Part shown: in pieces, positions 36,716 through 47,628 of the stretch
Numbering within the stretch: position 1 is the first letter of the stretch
Layout of the letters: each line of letters starts with the position of its first letter
NCBI GenBank assembly: GCA_963830365.1
Contig: CAWHMU010000038.1
Coordinates: 1-51,234, forward strand
Length of the DNA stretch: 51,234 nucleotides
Reading direction: 5' to 3'
Source of the DNA: an uncultured Chlamydiae bacterium
Lineage (GTDB): Bacteria > Chlamydiota > Chlamydiia > Chlamydiales > Parachlamydiaceae
Translations under genes and position numbers: made by a program
The notes under the pieces: model-generated
Told to the model about the DNA's origin: nothing
Databases searched by the model: none
What the model saw: only the letters and a program-made list of their open reading frames with translations

Positions 36716-39667
36716 ATGCAGCCTGTTGCATCCAACTCACTCCCCGCTGCTATTGATCAAACCTCTCAGATAGCGCGGCCATCCAAACTGAAACTGCTAT
36801 GCCAAAAAATTGTGCAGGCCGTGGCCTCTGTTTTCACCTGCCTTGCCTCTTTTTTCAAGCGCCTTTTTTGCTGTGGCGAGATCGCTACCTTATTCAGTCC
36901 CAATGAGACAAAACTGCTGCGCGATGACCGAAATATCCCGCACACGCCACCGTTGCTTAGCGATAGGAAAATTTCTGTGCCGGCAGAGAGCAAGCATGAT
37001 ACTGCCGCTGAAGGTGACAAGCAAACCAAAACCCAAATCACCTATAGCGTTTTTGATGATTCACTGGAAAGCCTGCGCGAATTCCTGCGCGATTTCACCA
37101 GCCTCACGGTTGATATCGTTTATGAAAACACGCTGGAACCTAAACTCCAGAAGCTGCAAAGCGATGCGCCTACGATATCCTCCAGCCTTAAGTCGGTGAC
37201 CAAGCTGCTTATCGAAGTCGGTGACAAAGCTGCCAAACCGATCTTCCAGAAGTTTGCCCAGCAGAAAGCTCAGGTCATAGATCCCACGCTGCAGAAAATC
37301 TTCAAGATCCTTTTAAAAGAGGATCATATCGCCTCGTGCGCTTGCCTGCGCCAGGAATTGCAAAAGACGTTGGACCATGCCAAGCTTACAGCTGAAAATA
37401 TACAGATGGATTATATAAATCCCATTATCTCCTGGATTGCAAAAGGCGCGCAGAATGATCGTTTGCCGCTGTTCTATCCTAAAGGGCATCATTTAGACCA
37501 TTCCATCATTTCCCTATTGCAAAGCCATGCCAAAAACTTCGATGATCTGCAGCAAAGCAAAGAGAAAGAAGCGCTGTTCCATTCCCTGGCAGGCAACATC
37601 CACCAAGAGTTGAAAGACTCCAAAATCGCGGTCGGACAAAACCTCGATAACGACTACGTCCGTCCTATCCTCAACTGGCTGCTGCTGTCCGACCATACCT
37701 CCCCGCTCACCGATCTCTTTAAACCCTCAGATCAGTATCGCGAAGATCTGATCGACAAGGTTTTTGAAAAAGCCATCTCATTGCTGGTTGAACGGAAAAT
37801 CGATCTTTATGGCGGCCTGCTAGAAACCAAGCTTCAGCACGGCTTAGGACCTATCGTCCTGCAAGCTGTAACTACCAATGCCTGCCGCTTTGCCGATTTC
37901 TTCTCTGAACGCTTTGCCGAACTTGTGGCCACAGTCTCATTCCCCCAGACATTCGACGCCCTCGTCCATGATGTCATCGCTACGCAAATCCAAGGCTATC
38001 TGGCGGCAGAAAGTTCTTTGCAGGCCCATCGAGCTGTCCTTGAAAAGGCCAAGCTGGCCGCTCAATCCCTGCCGAAAACTGCAGAAGAGCTGGAAACCAA
38101 AATCCGCGCTCAAAACCATCTGGCATCGGTGGCCAGATGTGGCGGTGAGAAACAATTTTTTGAACGCGTATTGATCGAAGAGTTCAGTGGACATGCCGCC
38201 TGCAGTCCCTCTATGCAGCAGATTATTAGAGAAGAGATCAACCTGACGATGCAAGGAAAAGACCCTAGCCTCGTGAAGCAGGCCAGGCAGAAAGCCATCT
38301 TCGCAGCCATGGCTGAAAATGTGCTGGCAATGATGCTGCCGACGCATAAAATCGTCGGCAAAAATGGCCAGATCGAGGAGATTGAGCCTTTCATGCAGCT
38401 GTGGGAAAAGCTCTTTCTCCCAAAAGAATTCCATGAACTTATCGGCCATGTCGATGAACTAGTCAGCGAATTCATCACGCCAGAAACGGCGACCTTATTT
38501 GCCAGCATCAAACAGCCGGCCCTCAATTTCATGCAGAACATGTTCAAAACCGCGGTACAGGATCTGCTGAAAAAACAAGTCGGGCAATTAGTCCAAAAAG
38601 GCTTTGAAAGCCTGACAGTGCCGGCAAATCTCGACGAAATCAACGCCACTGTCACTATACCGTCTCTTAATAGCCAGCTGATCAAAATCCTTATCTCCCA
38701 GCAGCTGACCATCAATGTTAAAACTACGGCCCCGCTTTTCAAATCCCTGCTGATGGGGAAATCCTCATCCCGTCAGGCCAATATCCGGGCTATTCAGGAC
38801 GCGCTGATAAAGCTGACCAAGGAGAAATTCAGCCAATTCACCGAAAGTGATTTCTTCGTCAAAGAAACAAGTGCCGGGGGCGCTGCACAGCTCATCTACA
38901 GCGATTTGACTGATGGCGATTGGCTGCGGCTGACACTGCCGCTCATCAAGCAAACCGAACAACAGCTCTTGGCTGTGCTGATGGCCGATGGCAAACCGCT
39001 GGATACCTCGCTCATCACCTTGGATGGGATTACTGATATCTTAACAGCCACCTCCAAAACATCGGGCCAACCAAATGACCCTATCTTCGGACAGATCGTC
39101 ATGGATCTCATTTTTAAACTCGGAGAATGGCCTTACGAAGGATTGATCGGCTTTTTCGTTAAAGATAGCTTAAGCAGCCAGCTCACCGAGCAAACGCGCG
39201 AAATGCGCGCTTCGCATACCTGGCTGATGACGACCCTGGCCGAAAATTTGAAAGAAACGTTTCTCGACCGCAAGTCCATTGAAAAAATGCTGTTAAGTGA
39301 TTCAACGCCAGTACAACCGCCTCAATGCACTGCCCAAAAGCTTACACATCAGATCAGCATCTTAGCAAGGCTAGCTCACGATCTGATCTGCCATTTTGCC
39401 GGCCAGAAAGGGGTGGTCAGCAAATTTGCCATCAAACGAATCATCACCAATGACTCAAATACACTCGCCTGCCTCATCCAGACAATCTACAAAAAGATCT
39501 TTGGCAATCAGACAATGAACGAGAATCTGGTGCTGCGTACCTGCGAAGAGATCTTTCGCTCCATATCCGATGCTGCCGTCACATTGCGCGATCTGGAAAA
39601 TCACAGGATTCACCAAGCCTTAGCCAAAAACAAGTCCAACCCGCATCCTGCCGTTAGCATGCTATGA
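36716..39667 (+). CDS. Large helical hypothetical protein (983 aa)
   Basis: Long ORF with no recognisable catalytic motif. Confidence 0.85.
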   Translation: MQPVASNSLPAAIDQTSQIARPSKLKLLCQKIVQAVASVFTCLASFFKRLFCCGEIATLFSPNETKLLRDDRNIPHTPPLLSDRKISVPAESKHDTAAEGDKQTKTQITYSVFDDSLESLREFLRDFTSLTVDIVYENTLEPKLQKLQSDAPTISSSLKSVTKLLIEVGDKAAKPIFQKFAQQKAQVIDPTLQKIFKILLKEDHIASCACLRQELQKTLDHAKLTAENIQMDYINPIISWIAKGAQNDRLPLFYPKGHHLDHSIISLLQSHAKNFDDLQQSKEKEALFHSLAGNIHQELKDSKIAVGQNLDNDYVRPILNWLLLSDHTSPLTDLFKPSDQYREDLIDKVFEKAISLLVERKIDLYGGLLETKLQHGLGPIVLQAVTTNACRFADFFSERFAELVATVSFPQTFDALVHDVIATQIQGYLAAESSLQAHRAVLEKAKLAAQSLPKTAEELETKIRAQNHLASVARCGGEKQFFERVLIEEFSGHAACSPSMQQIIREEINLTMQGKDPSLVKQARQKAIFAAMAENVLAMMLPTHKIVGKNGQIEEIEPFMQLWEKLFLPKEFHELIGHVDELVSEFITPETATLFASIKQPALNFMQNMFKTAVQDLLKKQVGQLVQKGFESLTVPANLDEINATVTIPSLNSQLIKILISQQLTINVKTTAPLFKSLLMGKSSSRQANIRAIQDALIKLTKEKFSQFTESDFFVKETSAGGAAQLIYSDLTDGDWLRLTLPLIKQTEQQLLAVLMADGKPLDTSLITLDGITDILTATSKTSGQPNDPIFGQIVMDLIFKLGEWPYEGLIGFFVKDSLSSQLTEQTREMRASHTWLMTTLAENLKETFLDRKSIEKMLLSDSTPVQPPQCTAQKLTHQISILARLAHDLICHFAGQKGVVSKFAIKRIITNDSNTLACLIQTIYKKIFGNQTMNENLVLRTCEEIFRSISDAAVTLRDLENHRIHQALAKNKSNPHPAVSML

Positions 39668-39675
39668 CGCTATTA

Positions 39676-40215
39676 TTAATCGCTAAAACAGCAACCTGTG
39701 CGATCTAATTTTTTCGGAGATGGTGAGCGTTGTAGCGGAAGCGGTGAATTTCGCTGGCCGCCCACAGGGTGGAATTGCCCTTCCTCTATCGGCCGCACGA
39801 ACACTATTTCATCCAGATCAAGGTCGATATCTTTTTCGTCTACCTGTTCAGCATAAATGGCAGCTTGAGCGCTTCTGCTTGGGCTGTGTGAGCGATCTAG
39901 CGCAGCTTTGCTCTCATCGGCTACAGCGCGGGGATGCATCGCTCCCGCGCGTGCAATGCGCAGCCGAAACACCTCATCAAACAGATTGATCACCTCTTGT
40001 TCACTTATTTTGTCTGGATCAGAAAGCACTCTGACAAGGTAGTGTGAATGGCTGTTTGCATTTGACGGTAGAATATGCTGGTGTGGAAATTGAAATTCCT
40101 CCACGGCATCGCTTTCTACCTGTGGCAATCTTTCCCGTCTAGTAGGTGATCGATAATACCCCCCTTCAACATCGGTATATGGTGGCGGAGCGTCATAATT
40201 GATATCCGTGGTCAT
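39676..40215 (-). CDS. Hypothetical protein with PPPY motif and C-terminal CC
   Basis: AAGGAG RBS; DAPPPYT near the N-terminus; ends RTGCCFSD. Confidence 0.7.
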   Translation of the reverse strand: MTTDINYDAPPPYTDVEGGYYRSPTRRERLPQVESDAVEEFQFPHQHILPSNANSHSHYLVRVLSDPDKISEQEVINLFDEVFRLRIARAGAMHPRAVADESKAALDRSHSPSRSAQAAIYAEQVDEKDIDLDLDEIVFVRPIEEGQFHPVGGQRNSPLPLQRSPSPKKLDRTGCCFSD

Positions 40216-40409
40216 ATAATCTCCTTATGACTTTGTTTTTTCTGTTTTTTACATATACGATTAAAACAAGAAAAATAAAAAGACAATTTATATTTTTACA
40301 CATACACTTTAAACCTTCGCTGATGAATTGCCGGCAAGCTTGTGAAATATATGCTGGCGCTCAACTACGGTTTTTTGGATAATAGGATGATTAAAGCAAG
40401 GACTGCCAT

Positions 40410-40877
40410 ATGAACAAAGCACATTCCAAAGATTTAGTATCGAACAAACGCGCCACCTTTAATTTTGAAATCCTGGATACCTTTGAAACAGGTATTGTAC
40501 TGCAAGGCACTGAAATCAAATCACTGCGCGATAATGGCGGCAGCCTGCAGGAAGCGTACGTAAAGATCATCAACAATGAGTTGTGGCTGGTAAACTGCAG
40601 CATCTCCCCGTACCGCTTTGGCAATGTGCATAACCATGAAGACCGCCGCGACCGCAAACTGCTGATGCACAAGCGTGAAATCAGCAAAATTCGCATCGCC
40701 GCTCAAGAAAAGGGGCTCACCATCATCCCTTTGGCATTCTATCTTAAAGACGGCCGCGTCAAAGTAAAAATAGCCACCGCCAAAGGCAAGAAAAATGTCG
40801 ATAAGCGCGAAGCTATTAAAACGCGTGATGAAAAACGCCATATGGACAAGATGATGAAACACCACACCCAAAATTGA
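40410..40877 (+). CDS. smpB: SsrA-binding protein
   Basis: NKRATFNF, ETGIVLQGTEIKSLR, RKLLMHKREI, AKGKKNVDKRE. Confidence 0.97.
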   Translation: MNKAHSKDLVSNKRATFNFEILDTFETGIVLQGTEIKSLRDNGGSLQEAYVKIINNELWLVNCSISPYRFGNVHNHEDRRDRKLLMHKREISKIRIAAQEKGLTIIPLAFYLKDGRVKVKIATAKGKKNVDKREAIKTRDEKRHMDKMMKHHTQN

Positions 40878-40892
40878 CCTTAGCTAACGCTT

Positions 40893-41315
40893 ATGTACCG
40901 TCTGCGCATACTCTCAGTAAATAAAACTAAAGAAATCTGGCTGGAAGACGCCTTGGCAGAATATGTCAAGCGCCTGCAACATCAGCTGTCGATTGAATTT
41001 GTCTTTTGTAAAACGGACGAACAGTTGCTGGCGCTGGCTGCTAAAGAGTCGCGCTTGATCTGCCTTGATGCCGCTGGGGAAACGATGGACAGCGAACTTT
41101 TTTCAACATTTCTCATGAAGGAATTTGAAGAAGGCGGCGCACGCCTTGCTATCGCAATCGGCGGCGCCGAGGGTCTGCCGGCATCAATGAAAACCAAACA
41201 CCGGCTCATCAGCCTATCGCCAATGACCTTTACCCACCAGGTGGTGCGTCTTATTTTAGTCGAGCAGCTTTATCGCGCCTTTGAAATTGCCAAAGGCTCG
41301 CGCTACCACAAATAA
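40893..41315 (+). CDS. rlmH: 23S rRNA pseudouridine1915 N3-methyltransferase
   Basis: IGGAEGL, SLSPMTFTHQVVRLILVEQLYRA...YHK. Confidence 0.95.
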   Translation: MYRLRILSVNKTKEIWLEDALAEYVKRLQHQLSIEFVFCKTDEQLLALAAKESRLICLDAAGETMDSELFSTFLMKEFEEGGARLAIAIGGAEGLPASMKTKHRLISLSPMTFTHQVVRLILVEQLYRAFEIAKGSRYHK

Positions 41316-41318
41316 GCT

Positions 41319-41807
41319 TTAGCAGCAGCCTGTCTTTACACTTTGCGCTAATCTGAAGTAGATCATGGCTCCGTTGATAAGGGCTGCGCCGATGACAGTG
41401 TCAACCAGGCCGCGGACATCATTGCTGACGCCGAAATACTTTATCGACATGCCCAAAGCCATCATCAGGCCGAGCAGGATATAATATTTAGGACTATATA
41501 TGCGCGAAAGCGGAGCTGGATCCGGAAACGAACGGATGCGTTCTACCCCCTTATGAGCGGACTTTCCAAGCACATATCGGCCTTTGAAATACCCAATAAA
41601 CAATGCTATAAACACAAGCAGCAAAGCCACGCTTTGTCCATCTCCCATATAAGGGATCAGGGTTTTCATGAGCGGATAGTGTTCACTCAAAGACTCTGCA
41701 GATGCGCTGTCGACCAACAAGTTGAGTCCGAGCTGCAGCAAATAAAACCCCACTGCAAACCAAACCAATCCTGAAATCACAATAAGCTTCGTATGACTTA
41801 ATTTCAT
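41319..41807 (-). CDS. Hypothetical membrane protein
   Basis: Four hydrophobic segments. Confidence 0.8.
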   Translation of the reverse strand: MKLSHTKLIVISGLVWFAVGFYLLQLGLNLLVDSASAESLSEHYPLMKTLIPYMGDGQSVALLLVFIALFIGYFKGRYVLGKSAHKGVERIRSFPDPAPLSRIYSPKYYILLGLMMALGMSIKYFGVSNDVRGLVDTVIGAALINGAMIYFRLAQSVKTGCC

Positions 41808-42081
41808 TTTTTATTTCCTCAAGAATATGTTAAAGAGAAAGTTTACTTTCTTTGCCCAATTTGATAAAAGCGAAATCACAAAAAAATCTACCGCGAGAGC
41901 ATAAGTTTCCACATGGACAAAAAAAAACGATTCTCGTATAAACCATGCAGCGCAGCCACATTAACACTAAAGCGGTAATTCATGTGTATTTTTGCACATG
42001 CCTAATTTCTGACAACTTGCGCTCTTTAAAATGTCTCGATACATCAATAGGCGACTTTTTAAATTTAGGACTGTAAATACT

Positions 42082-43188
42082 ATGCAACCTTCGCTATCAC
42101 TCATCCGCGTTATTTTCCTCGGACTCTGCCTTCTGTTTTCAATTGCTTACGCTACCGCCGAAGCTCCTTTTGAAGCTTATTATATAAACGTTGCCATCGG
42201 CATTATTTCAGGGCTGGCATGTTGGGCCTTGATGATCAGTTTGGATACCCTTCTCAAGCGCATCGATCTGTGCGCCTTTAATATCGCTACGTTCGGACTG
42301 CTGTGTGGCTATCTCATGGGTAAAATGTTGCTGGCAATCTCCCAATCAGTTCTCGATGTAAGCATGATACAGTTCTCGCCACCCGCCATGACCTTATTGC
42401 AAATGACCGTTTATCTTTGCACCTGCTACCTCGGCATGATCATGGCCGCACGGGCAGCCGATGAAATTTACATCAGCATCCCTTTAATCAGATTCAAGCA
42501 AAATGCCCAAAAGAAAAAAGATCTGCTGCTCGATCCAGCCGCCTTGGCTGATCCACGTATCATCGATCTGGCCACCTCAGGATTGCTCGATCACCATCTC
42601 GTGTTGCCCAGATTTCTCATCAAAGAAAATAATGAACAGCTGGAAAATATTGATGAAACATTGCGCGCAAAAGCCCGCCGCAGCGTTGACACCATAAAAA
42701 AACTGGAAAGCATCCCCACGCTTGAGTTGCGCTATACCGAATCAGACTTTAACGATACCAAAGATCCTATGGTCAAGCTATTGCGCCTGGCGCGCTCATT
42801 AGACGCCCATATCCTCACCGGCGATGCCAACCGGCTGCAGCAGACATCGATCGAAGGCATCCGCCTGATCAACATTTTTGCCCTGTCAAGCGCCCTCAAG
42901 CCCCTCGTACAGACCGGTGAATATATCACCATTAAAATTCAACGCTATGGCAAAGAACCGCGCCAAGGCATCGGCTATATGGATGACGGCACTATGGTCG
43001 TCGTCAATGGCGGCGCTGAATTCATCGGCGAAAGCATCCGCGCCCAAGTGCTGTCTGCCAAGCATACTGCCTCTGGCCGCATGATATTCTGCAATGCACT
43101 GGAAGATGCCCTAATGCTGGAATCTCAGCTCTCCACAGCCGGTATCGGCGATGGCGAGACTTCGGCAAAAAACTATTTTGCCCTTTAA
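42082..43188 (+). CDS. PIN/TRAM-domain membrane protein (YacL-like)
   Basis: N-terminal TM helices, DPRIID PIN-like region, GKEPRQGIGYMDDGTMVVV...GRMIF. Confidence 0.9.
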   Translation: MQPSLSLIRVIFLGLCLLFSIAYATAEAPFEAYYINVAIGIISGLACWALMISLDTLLKRIDLCAFNIATFGLLCGYLMGKMLLAISQSVLDVSMIQFSPPAMTLLQMTVYLCTCYLGMIMAARAADEIYISIPLIRFKQNAQKKKDLLLDPAALADPRIIDLATSGLLDHHLVLPRFLIKENNEQLENIDETLRAKARRSVDTIKKLESIPTLELRYTESDFNDTKDPMVKLLRLARSLDAHILTGDANRLQQTSIEGIRLINIFALSSALKPLVQTGEYITIKIQRYGKEPRQGIGYMDDGTMVVVNGGAEFIGESIRAQVLSAKHTASGRMIFCNALEDALMLESQLSTAGIGDGETSAKNYFAL

Positions 43189-43197
43189 AACTAAACA

Positions 43198-43584
43198 GTG
43201 ATTGAGTTTGTGATTCAAGGCATCGGCACAGATATTATCGAAGTAAAGCGCATTGAAGCCTCCATTGCACGCTTCGGCCAGCGCTTCCTGGACAGGCTTT
43301 TCAGTCCCAAAGAACAGGCTTACTGCCTGCGCCATCGAGATTCCGGCCGCCACTTTGCCGGCCGCTTTGCCGCAAAGGAAGCCATCGCCAAAGCCATCGG
43401 TACTGGTTTCATTGAAGGCATCGGCTGGGCCGATATTGAAATTGCCAACGACGAGCACGGCAAACCCGAAGTACTGGTCAGCCCACGCCTTAAAGAGCGA
43501 CTTGGCGCTCTTGAATTGCTCGTCTCAATCAGCCACAGCCACGATTACGCCACCGCCTTTGCCGTCTGCCAGTCCGTCCCCTAG
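43198..43584 (+). CDS. acpS: Holo-ACP synthase
   Basis: GIGTDIIEV.RI, AGRFAAKEA..KA.GTG, GKP, VSISH. Confidence 0.96.
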   Translation: MIEFVIQGIGTDIIEVKRIEASIARFGQRFLDRLFSPKEQAYCLRHRDSGRHFAGRFAAKEAIAKAIGTGFIEGIGWADIEIANDEHGKPEVLVSPRLKERLGALELLVSISHSHDYATAFAVCQSVP

Positions 43585-43982
43585 GAGCATTATCTCACCA
43601 TAAAGGCTTCACCACAGAGACACCGAGGCACAGAGAAACAAAAATGCAGGATAGGCTGGTATACGCTTATCTTTCAGCTATTATTCCACACCGCCTAAAC
43701 GATGTCTACTTTACTCTGCGTCACCGCGTCTCTGCGTTGAGGTGTTTGTATTTAATATAAGATTACCAAAACAAATTGATCCATAGTGTCTGATAAATAG
43801 TCTGTGAACTCATTTTGACGTAGAGACGCGGCTACACAGATAGCGACAAAAAATCATTGTGAATGAAGTATTATGATAACCTTTTAGCCATTGTGTATCC
43901 GGCCTATCTGGCATTTTTGATTCTCTGTGCCTCTGTGCCCCTGTGCCTCTGTGGTGAATGTGCTTGCGCTGGCTTTGAATCG

Positions 43983-44849
43983 CTATAAACCAAAGGCGTA
44001 GCGCAGCTCGAAGATGGCAAAGTTGACTCTTTGCGGGCAATTTTTGGCAAAGACGCGTCGGGCATAGACGACACTGGCCGTGAAGCCGCTTTCAAAATAA
44101 TAGCTATAGCGCAGGCCTGCATCGACAGATTGATGCCGGATCGGACCGTAACCGCGGAAAGGCACGGCCAGATTGAGGGTATCGCCCCCCATCCCCCATA
44201 AAGAGTGGACAAAGAGGCGCACTTGCTGCCGGTCCCACCAATTGTGTTCCCAAAAGAGATCTCCGCGCAACCAGGGCGAACCTATATCACCCACGCCGGC
44301 AGCCGCCACCGCCCACACCCGGTTGGTCCAAAACTGGCGGCACGAAAATTCCTTGCCGGCGGCTACATGCGCTTCGCAAGCGATGCCGCCATGGTGGAAA
44401 ACTGCCAAGTCATGCCAAGCGGGCTTAAAGACTTTGATGACCGTCAATCCGGTGGATAACGATACAGGGTCGCCGACGATGTCGTTAAGCCAGCGGTAGC
44501 GCCCTGTCAGCAATAGCGAATCCATGCCGAAACTGCGGTGGCGCGTATCTGCCGCCACGGCTTCAATTTCGGCCGACCATTCTTCAGTGGGGGCTAGCGA
44601 AGCACTAACATCCACAAAGACATTACAAGCTGACTGGATGTCTTTGACGTGATGTTCATCGACAGGGAAATAGCCATAAGGGCTCCTTACACGACCATCG
44701 ATTGCGGAATATTGCTCCACCAGGCAGTTTACCCGCCCTTCGATTTCCAGCACCGGACCAAACCAGGGGCTGAATTCTGTCGCCGAAAGGCAAGTGCACC
44801 CAGAAATGATTGCATAGATAAATAAATTTAATTTATTTAACACCATCAT
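43983..44849 (-). CDS. Putative outer-membrane beta-barrel protein
   Basis: Signal peptide, aromatic-rich alternating strands, C-terminal ELRYAFGL. Confidence 0.7.
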   Translation of the reverse strand: MMVLNKLNLFIYAIISGCTCLSATEFSPWFGPVLEIEGRVNCLVEQYSAIDGRVRSPYGYFPVDEHHVKDIQSACNVFVDVSASLAPTEEWSAEIEAVAADTRHRSFGMDSLLLTGRYRWLNDIVGDPVSLSTGLTVIKVFKPAWHDLAVFHHGGIACEAHVAAGKEFSCRQFWTNRVWAVAAAGVGDIGSPWLRGDLFWEHNWWDRQQVRLFVHSLWGMGGDTLNLAVPFRGYGPIRHQSVDAGLRYSYYFESGFTASVVYARRVFAKNCPQRVNFAIFELRYAFGL

Positions 44850-45805
44850 TCGACAAGTCCTCTGGCTGACAGCTCCCGTTCGGCTTCAATCGCCGCCATG
44901 CATCCGGATCCTGCCGCCGTAATGGCCTGGCGGTAGACGTGATCTTGCGCATCTCCTGAAGCATATACCAAAGGGACATTCGTTTGCGATGTACCCGGCA
45001 CAACTTTGATATAGCCGTTGTCATGCAGATCAATTTGTCCCTTCAAAAAAGCCGTGTTCGGCGTGTGTCCTACGGCAAAAAATACGCCCCCGGCCTCGTG
45101 CACGGTTTCATGATTGGTCTTAATATTTTGAATCTTCACTTGACGCACGACGCTATCCCCCGTCACGTCTGTAATGACGCTGTCCCAAAGGATTTCCACT
45201 TTGGGATGGTTGAGGGCGCGCTGCTGCATGATCTTTGAAGCGCGCAGCTTATCACGGCGATGCACTATATAGACTTTGCTGCCGAATTTAGTCAGGAAGG
45301 TGGCTTCCTCAACGGCTGAGTCGCCGCCGCCAATAACAAAAAGGGGCTTGTTGCGGAAAATAGGCATCGCGCCATCGCATACGGCACACGCCGTCACCCC
45401 TTTCTGCCAAAATTCCCCTTCCCGTGTGCCGGGAATATCAAGCAGATTTGCCGTCGCACCAGTAGAAATGATCACTGCCATTGCTTCATGAGAATGCTTC
45501 TTGCCCCTGACGACAAAAGGATGCTGGCTAAAGTCAACCTCCACCACATCGTCCTGCAGCATCGTGCTGCCAAAACGCAACGCCTGTTTACGGAAGTTAT
45601 CCATCAATTGCGGACCGCTTACACCTTCAGGAAAGCCCGGATAGTTATCCACTTCCGTTGTCGTCATCAGCTGGCCGCCGGCAGGCCCGCTATAGAATCC
45701 TTCATAAACCACAGGTTCAAGGTTAGCTCTTGCAGCATAGATGGCGGCGGTATAGCCGGCGGGCCCTGATCCGATAATCACTAATTTAGCTTTTTGCATA
45801 TGCAT
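44846..45805 (-). CDS. trxB: Thioredoxin reductase
   Basis: [51 protein letters not shown]. Confidence 0.97.
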   Translation of the reverse strand: MHMQKAKLVIIGSGPAGYTAAIYAARANLEPVVYEGFYSGPAGGQLMTTTEVDNYPGFPEGVSGPQLMDNFRKQALRFGSTMLQDDVVEVDFSQHPFVVRGKKHSHEAMAVIISTGATANLLDIPGTREGEFWQKGVTACAVCDGAMPIFRNKPLFVIGGGDSAVEEATFLTKFGSKVYIVHRRDKLRASKIMQQRALNHPKVEILWDSVITDVTGDSVVRQVKIQNIKTNHETVHEAGGVFFAVGHTPNTAFLKGQIDLHDNGYIKVVPGTSQTNVPLVYASGDAQDHVYRQAITAAGSGCMAAIEAERELSARGLVE

Positions 45806-45961
45806 CTCTCAAATGATGATAAAACCTCTACGTGCAAATGGTTAGGTGCTTTGCAAGGTATATGTGAGGTTGATTTCTGTTCCGATAATTTATATGACAT
45901 TTTATAATACACTACCTTTTAACAAGAAAAAAGCAAAATTCGCCGCGCCATCCTAAATCAC

Positions 45962-45990
45962 TTGACATATCATTAAAAATCTTTGATACT
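45962..45990 (+). promoter_or_regulatory. Putative sigma70-type promoter of putP
   Basis: TTGACA-17 bp-GATACT. Confidence 0.45.
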
Positions 45991-46061
45991 TCGTTTTTTA
46001 TGAAAAGAAAAAGATATAGAGCTACAGTCATCATACAAAATACAAATTATACGGATTACAG

Positions 46062-47516
46062 ATGAATCATACACATCTTTTGCTTCCCTTTGCAGCCTAC
46101 TTCTGCATCCTGCTGGCTATAGGACTTATTTCCCATCGCAAGCAGTCGTCTGCAGCTGATTTCATTGTTGGCAACCGCTCTTTAAATTTCTGGGTGACAG
46201 CTCTTTCCGCCCATGCCAGCGATATGAGTTCATGGCTTTTCATGGCTTTTCCCGCCGCCATCTATATTGGAGGTTTATCACAGGCTTGGATCGCCGTCGG
46301 CCTTTTGACCGGGATGTTTCTAAACTGGCAACTTGTGGCCACCAAGCTGCGTACCGCCACGGAAAAGAATGACAGCTATACCTTATCAACCTTCTTTGAA
46401 AGGCGCTTTAAAGACAATTCAGGTGCTATCCGCGTCGTGACTGCGCTGATGTCGATCTTCTTCCTCACCTGCTACATCTCTGCCGGTTTGATTGCCATGG
46501 GCGGCATATTTGAATCGGTATTCGGCATTAACTTTTATGTCGGACTGACAATTTCAAGTGTAGTTATCCTGGTCTATACTTTTGTCGGCGGCTTCATCAC
46601 CGTGGCCTGGACAGATCTATTTCAAGCGCTTTTCCTTATCTGCATGATCATCATGGTGCCTTTCCTGGCCTACACAACGCTTGACGATGGTTGGAACACC
46701 ATCTTGGCGGTTGCTCAAAGCAAAAAAATCTCGCTAAGCTTTGTACCCGACTTGTCATTCACTTCAGTACTTGCAATCATCTTCCTGATCATGCAGTGGG
46801 GTCTTGGCTATTTTGGCCAGCCGCACATCGTTACAAAGTTCATGGGTATCAAAGAAACTTCCGAGTTGAATAAGTCCAAATATGTAGGTATGGCCTGGCA
46901 GCTGATAGCATTATCGGCCGCCGCCTGTATCGGTTTAGTCGGCATGGCCTATTTCAAAGAAGGTCTTGCAAACCCTGAACTTATTTTTGTAGAGATGGTA
47001 AAATCCTTGTTCCATCCGTTAGCAGGAGGTTTCGTGCTCTGCGGCGTACTCGCGGCTAGTATGTCGACCATGGATTCGCAAATCCTTGTTTGTGCTGCTG
47101 TACTGAGCGAAGATTTCTATAAACACCTGTTTAAAAAAGAGGCTTCGCCTAAAGAGCTTCTGGTAACTTCGCGTATCGGCGTGGTACTTGTTTCTGCCCT
47201 ATCGCTGTTTCTGGCATTGAATAGAAATTCAACAATCCTGGAAGCTGTGCTGTATGCATGGTCAGGATTGGGCTGCGCTTTCGGTCCGCTTATGCTGATG
47301 TCGTTATACTCCAAGCGCGCCAACAAATATGGCGCCATCACCGGCGTCTTTACCGGCGGCCTGATCGCCGGCACATGGGACTTGGTAAATCCCTACATCA
47401 CAGATCTTGTCATACCCGCCATGATTCCCGGTTTCTTCATCAGTCTGTTCAGCATCTATATCGTATCGCTTTTGACCAGGCAACCGGCACACAGCCTGGC
47501 GCCAAAAAAAATATAA
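46062..47516 (+). CDS. putP: Sodium/proline symporter
   Basis: ALSAHASDMSSWL, WGLGYFGQPHI, AASMSTMDSQ, YAWSGLG..FGP. Confidence 0.92.
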   Translation: MNHTHLLLPFAAYFCILLAIGLISHRKQSSAADFIVGNRSLNFWVTALSAHASDMSSWLFMAFPAAIYIGGLSQAWIAVGLLTGMFLNWQLVATKLRTATEKNDSYTLSTFFERRFKDNSGAIRVVTALMSIFFLTCYISAGLIAMGGIFESVFGINFYVGLTISSVVILVYTFVGGFITVAWTDLFQALFLICMIIMVPFLAYTTLDDGWNTILAVAQSKKISLSFVPDLSFTSVLAIIFLIMQWGLGYFGQPHIVTKFMGIKETSELNKSKYVGMAWQLIALSAAACIGLVGMAYFKEGLANPELIFVEMVKSLFHPLAGGFVLCGVLAASMSTMDSQILVCAAVLSEDFYKHLFKKEASPKELLVTSRIGVVLVSALSLFLALNRNSTILEAVLYAWSGLGCAFGPLMLMSLYSKRANKYGAITGVFTGGLIAGTWDLVNPYITDLVIPAMIPGFFISLFSIYIVSLLTRQPAHSLAPKKI

Positions 47517-47628
47517 TGGTGCTGCCGACAAATGAGTAGCTCGTCTTATGAAGATTATCGATTAGATATTCGAAGTATGGTTGTTAACCGTGGATAGCTG
47601 CAGCAGTCTGCAGCCACGGGCGTAAGCC

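Noticed and set aside
40216..40409. tmRNA or tRNA near smpB
   Set aside because: No tRNA-like ends or T-arm motif seen here; no rRNA or tRNA recognised in the window.
41319..41340. C-terminal KTGCC as a prenylation signal
   Set aside because: The protein looks like an ordinary polytopic membrane protein in a housekeeping cluster; probably coincidental.
47518..47541. Complete type A MITE enclosing the IS4 pair
   Set aside because: Only a degenerate left end is present; no matching right end was found before the next left end at 51039.
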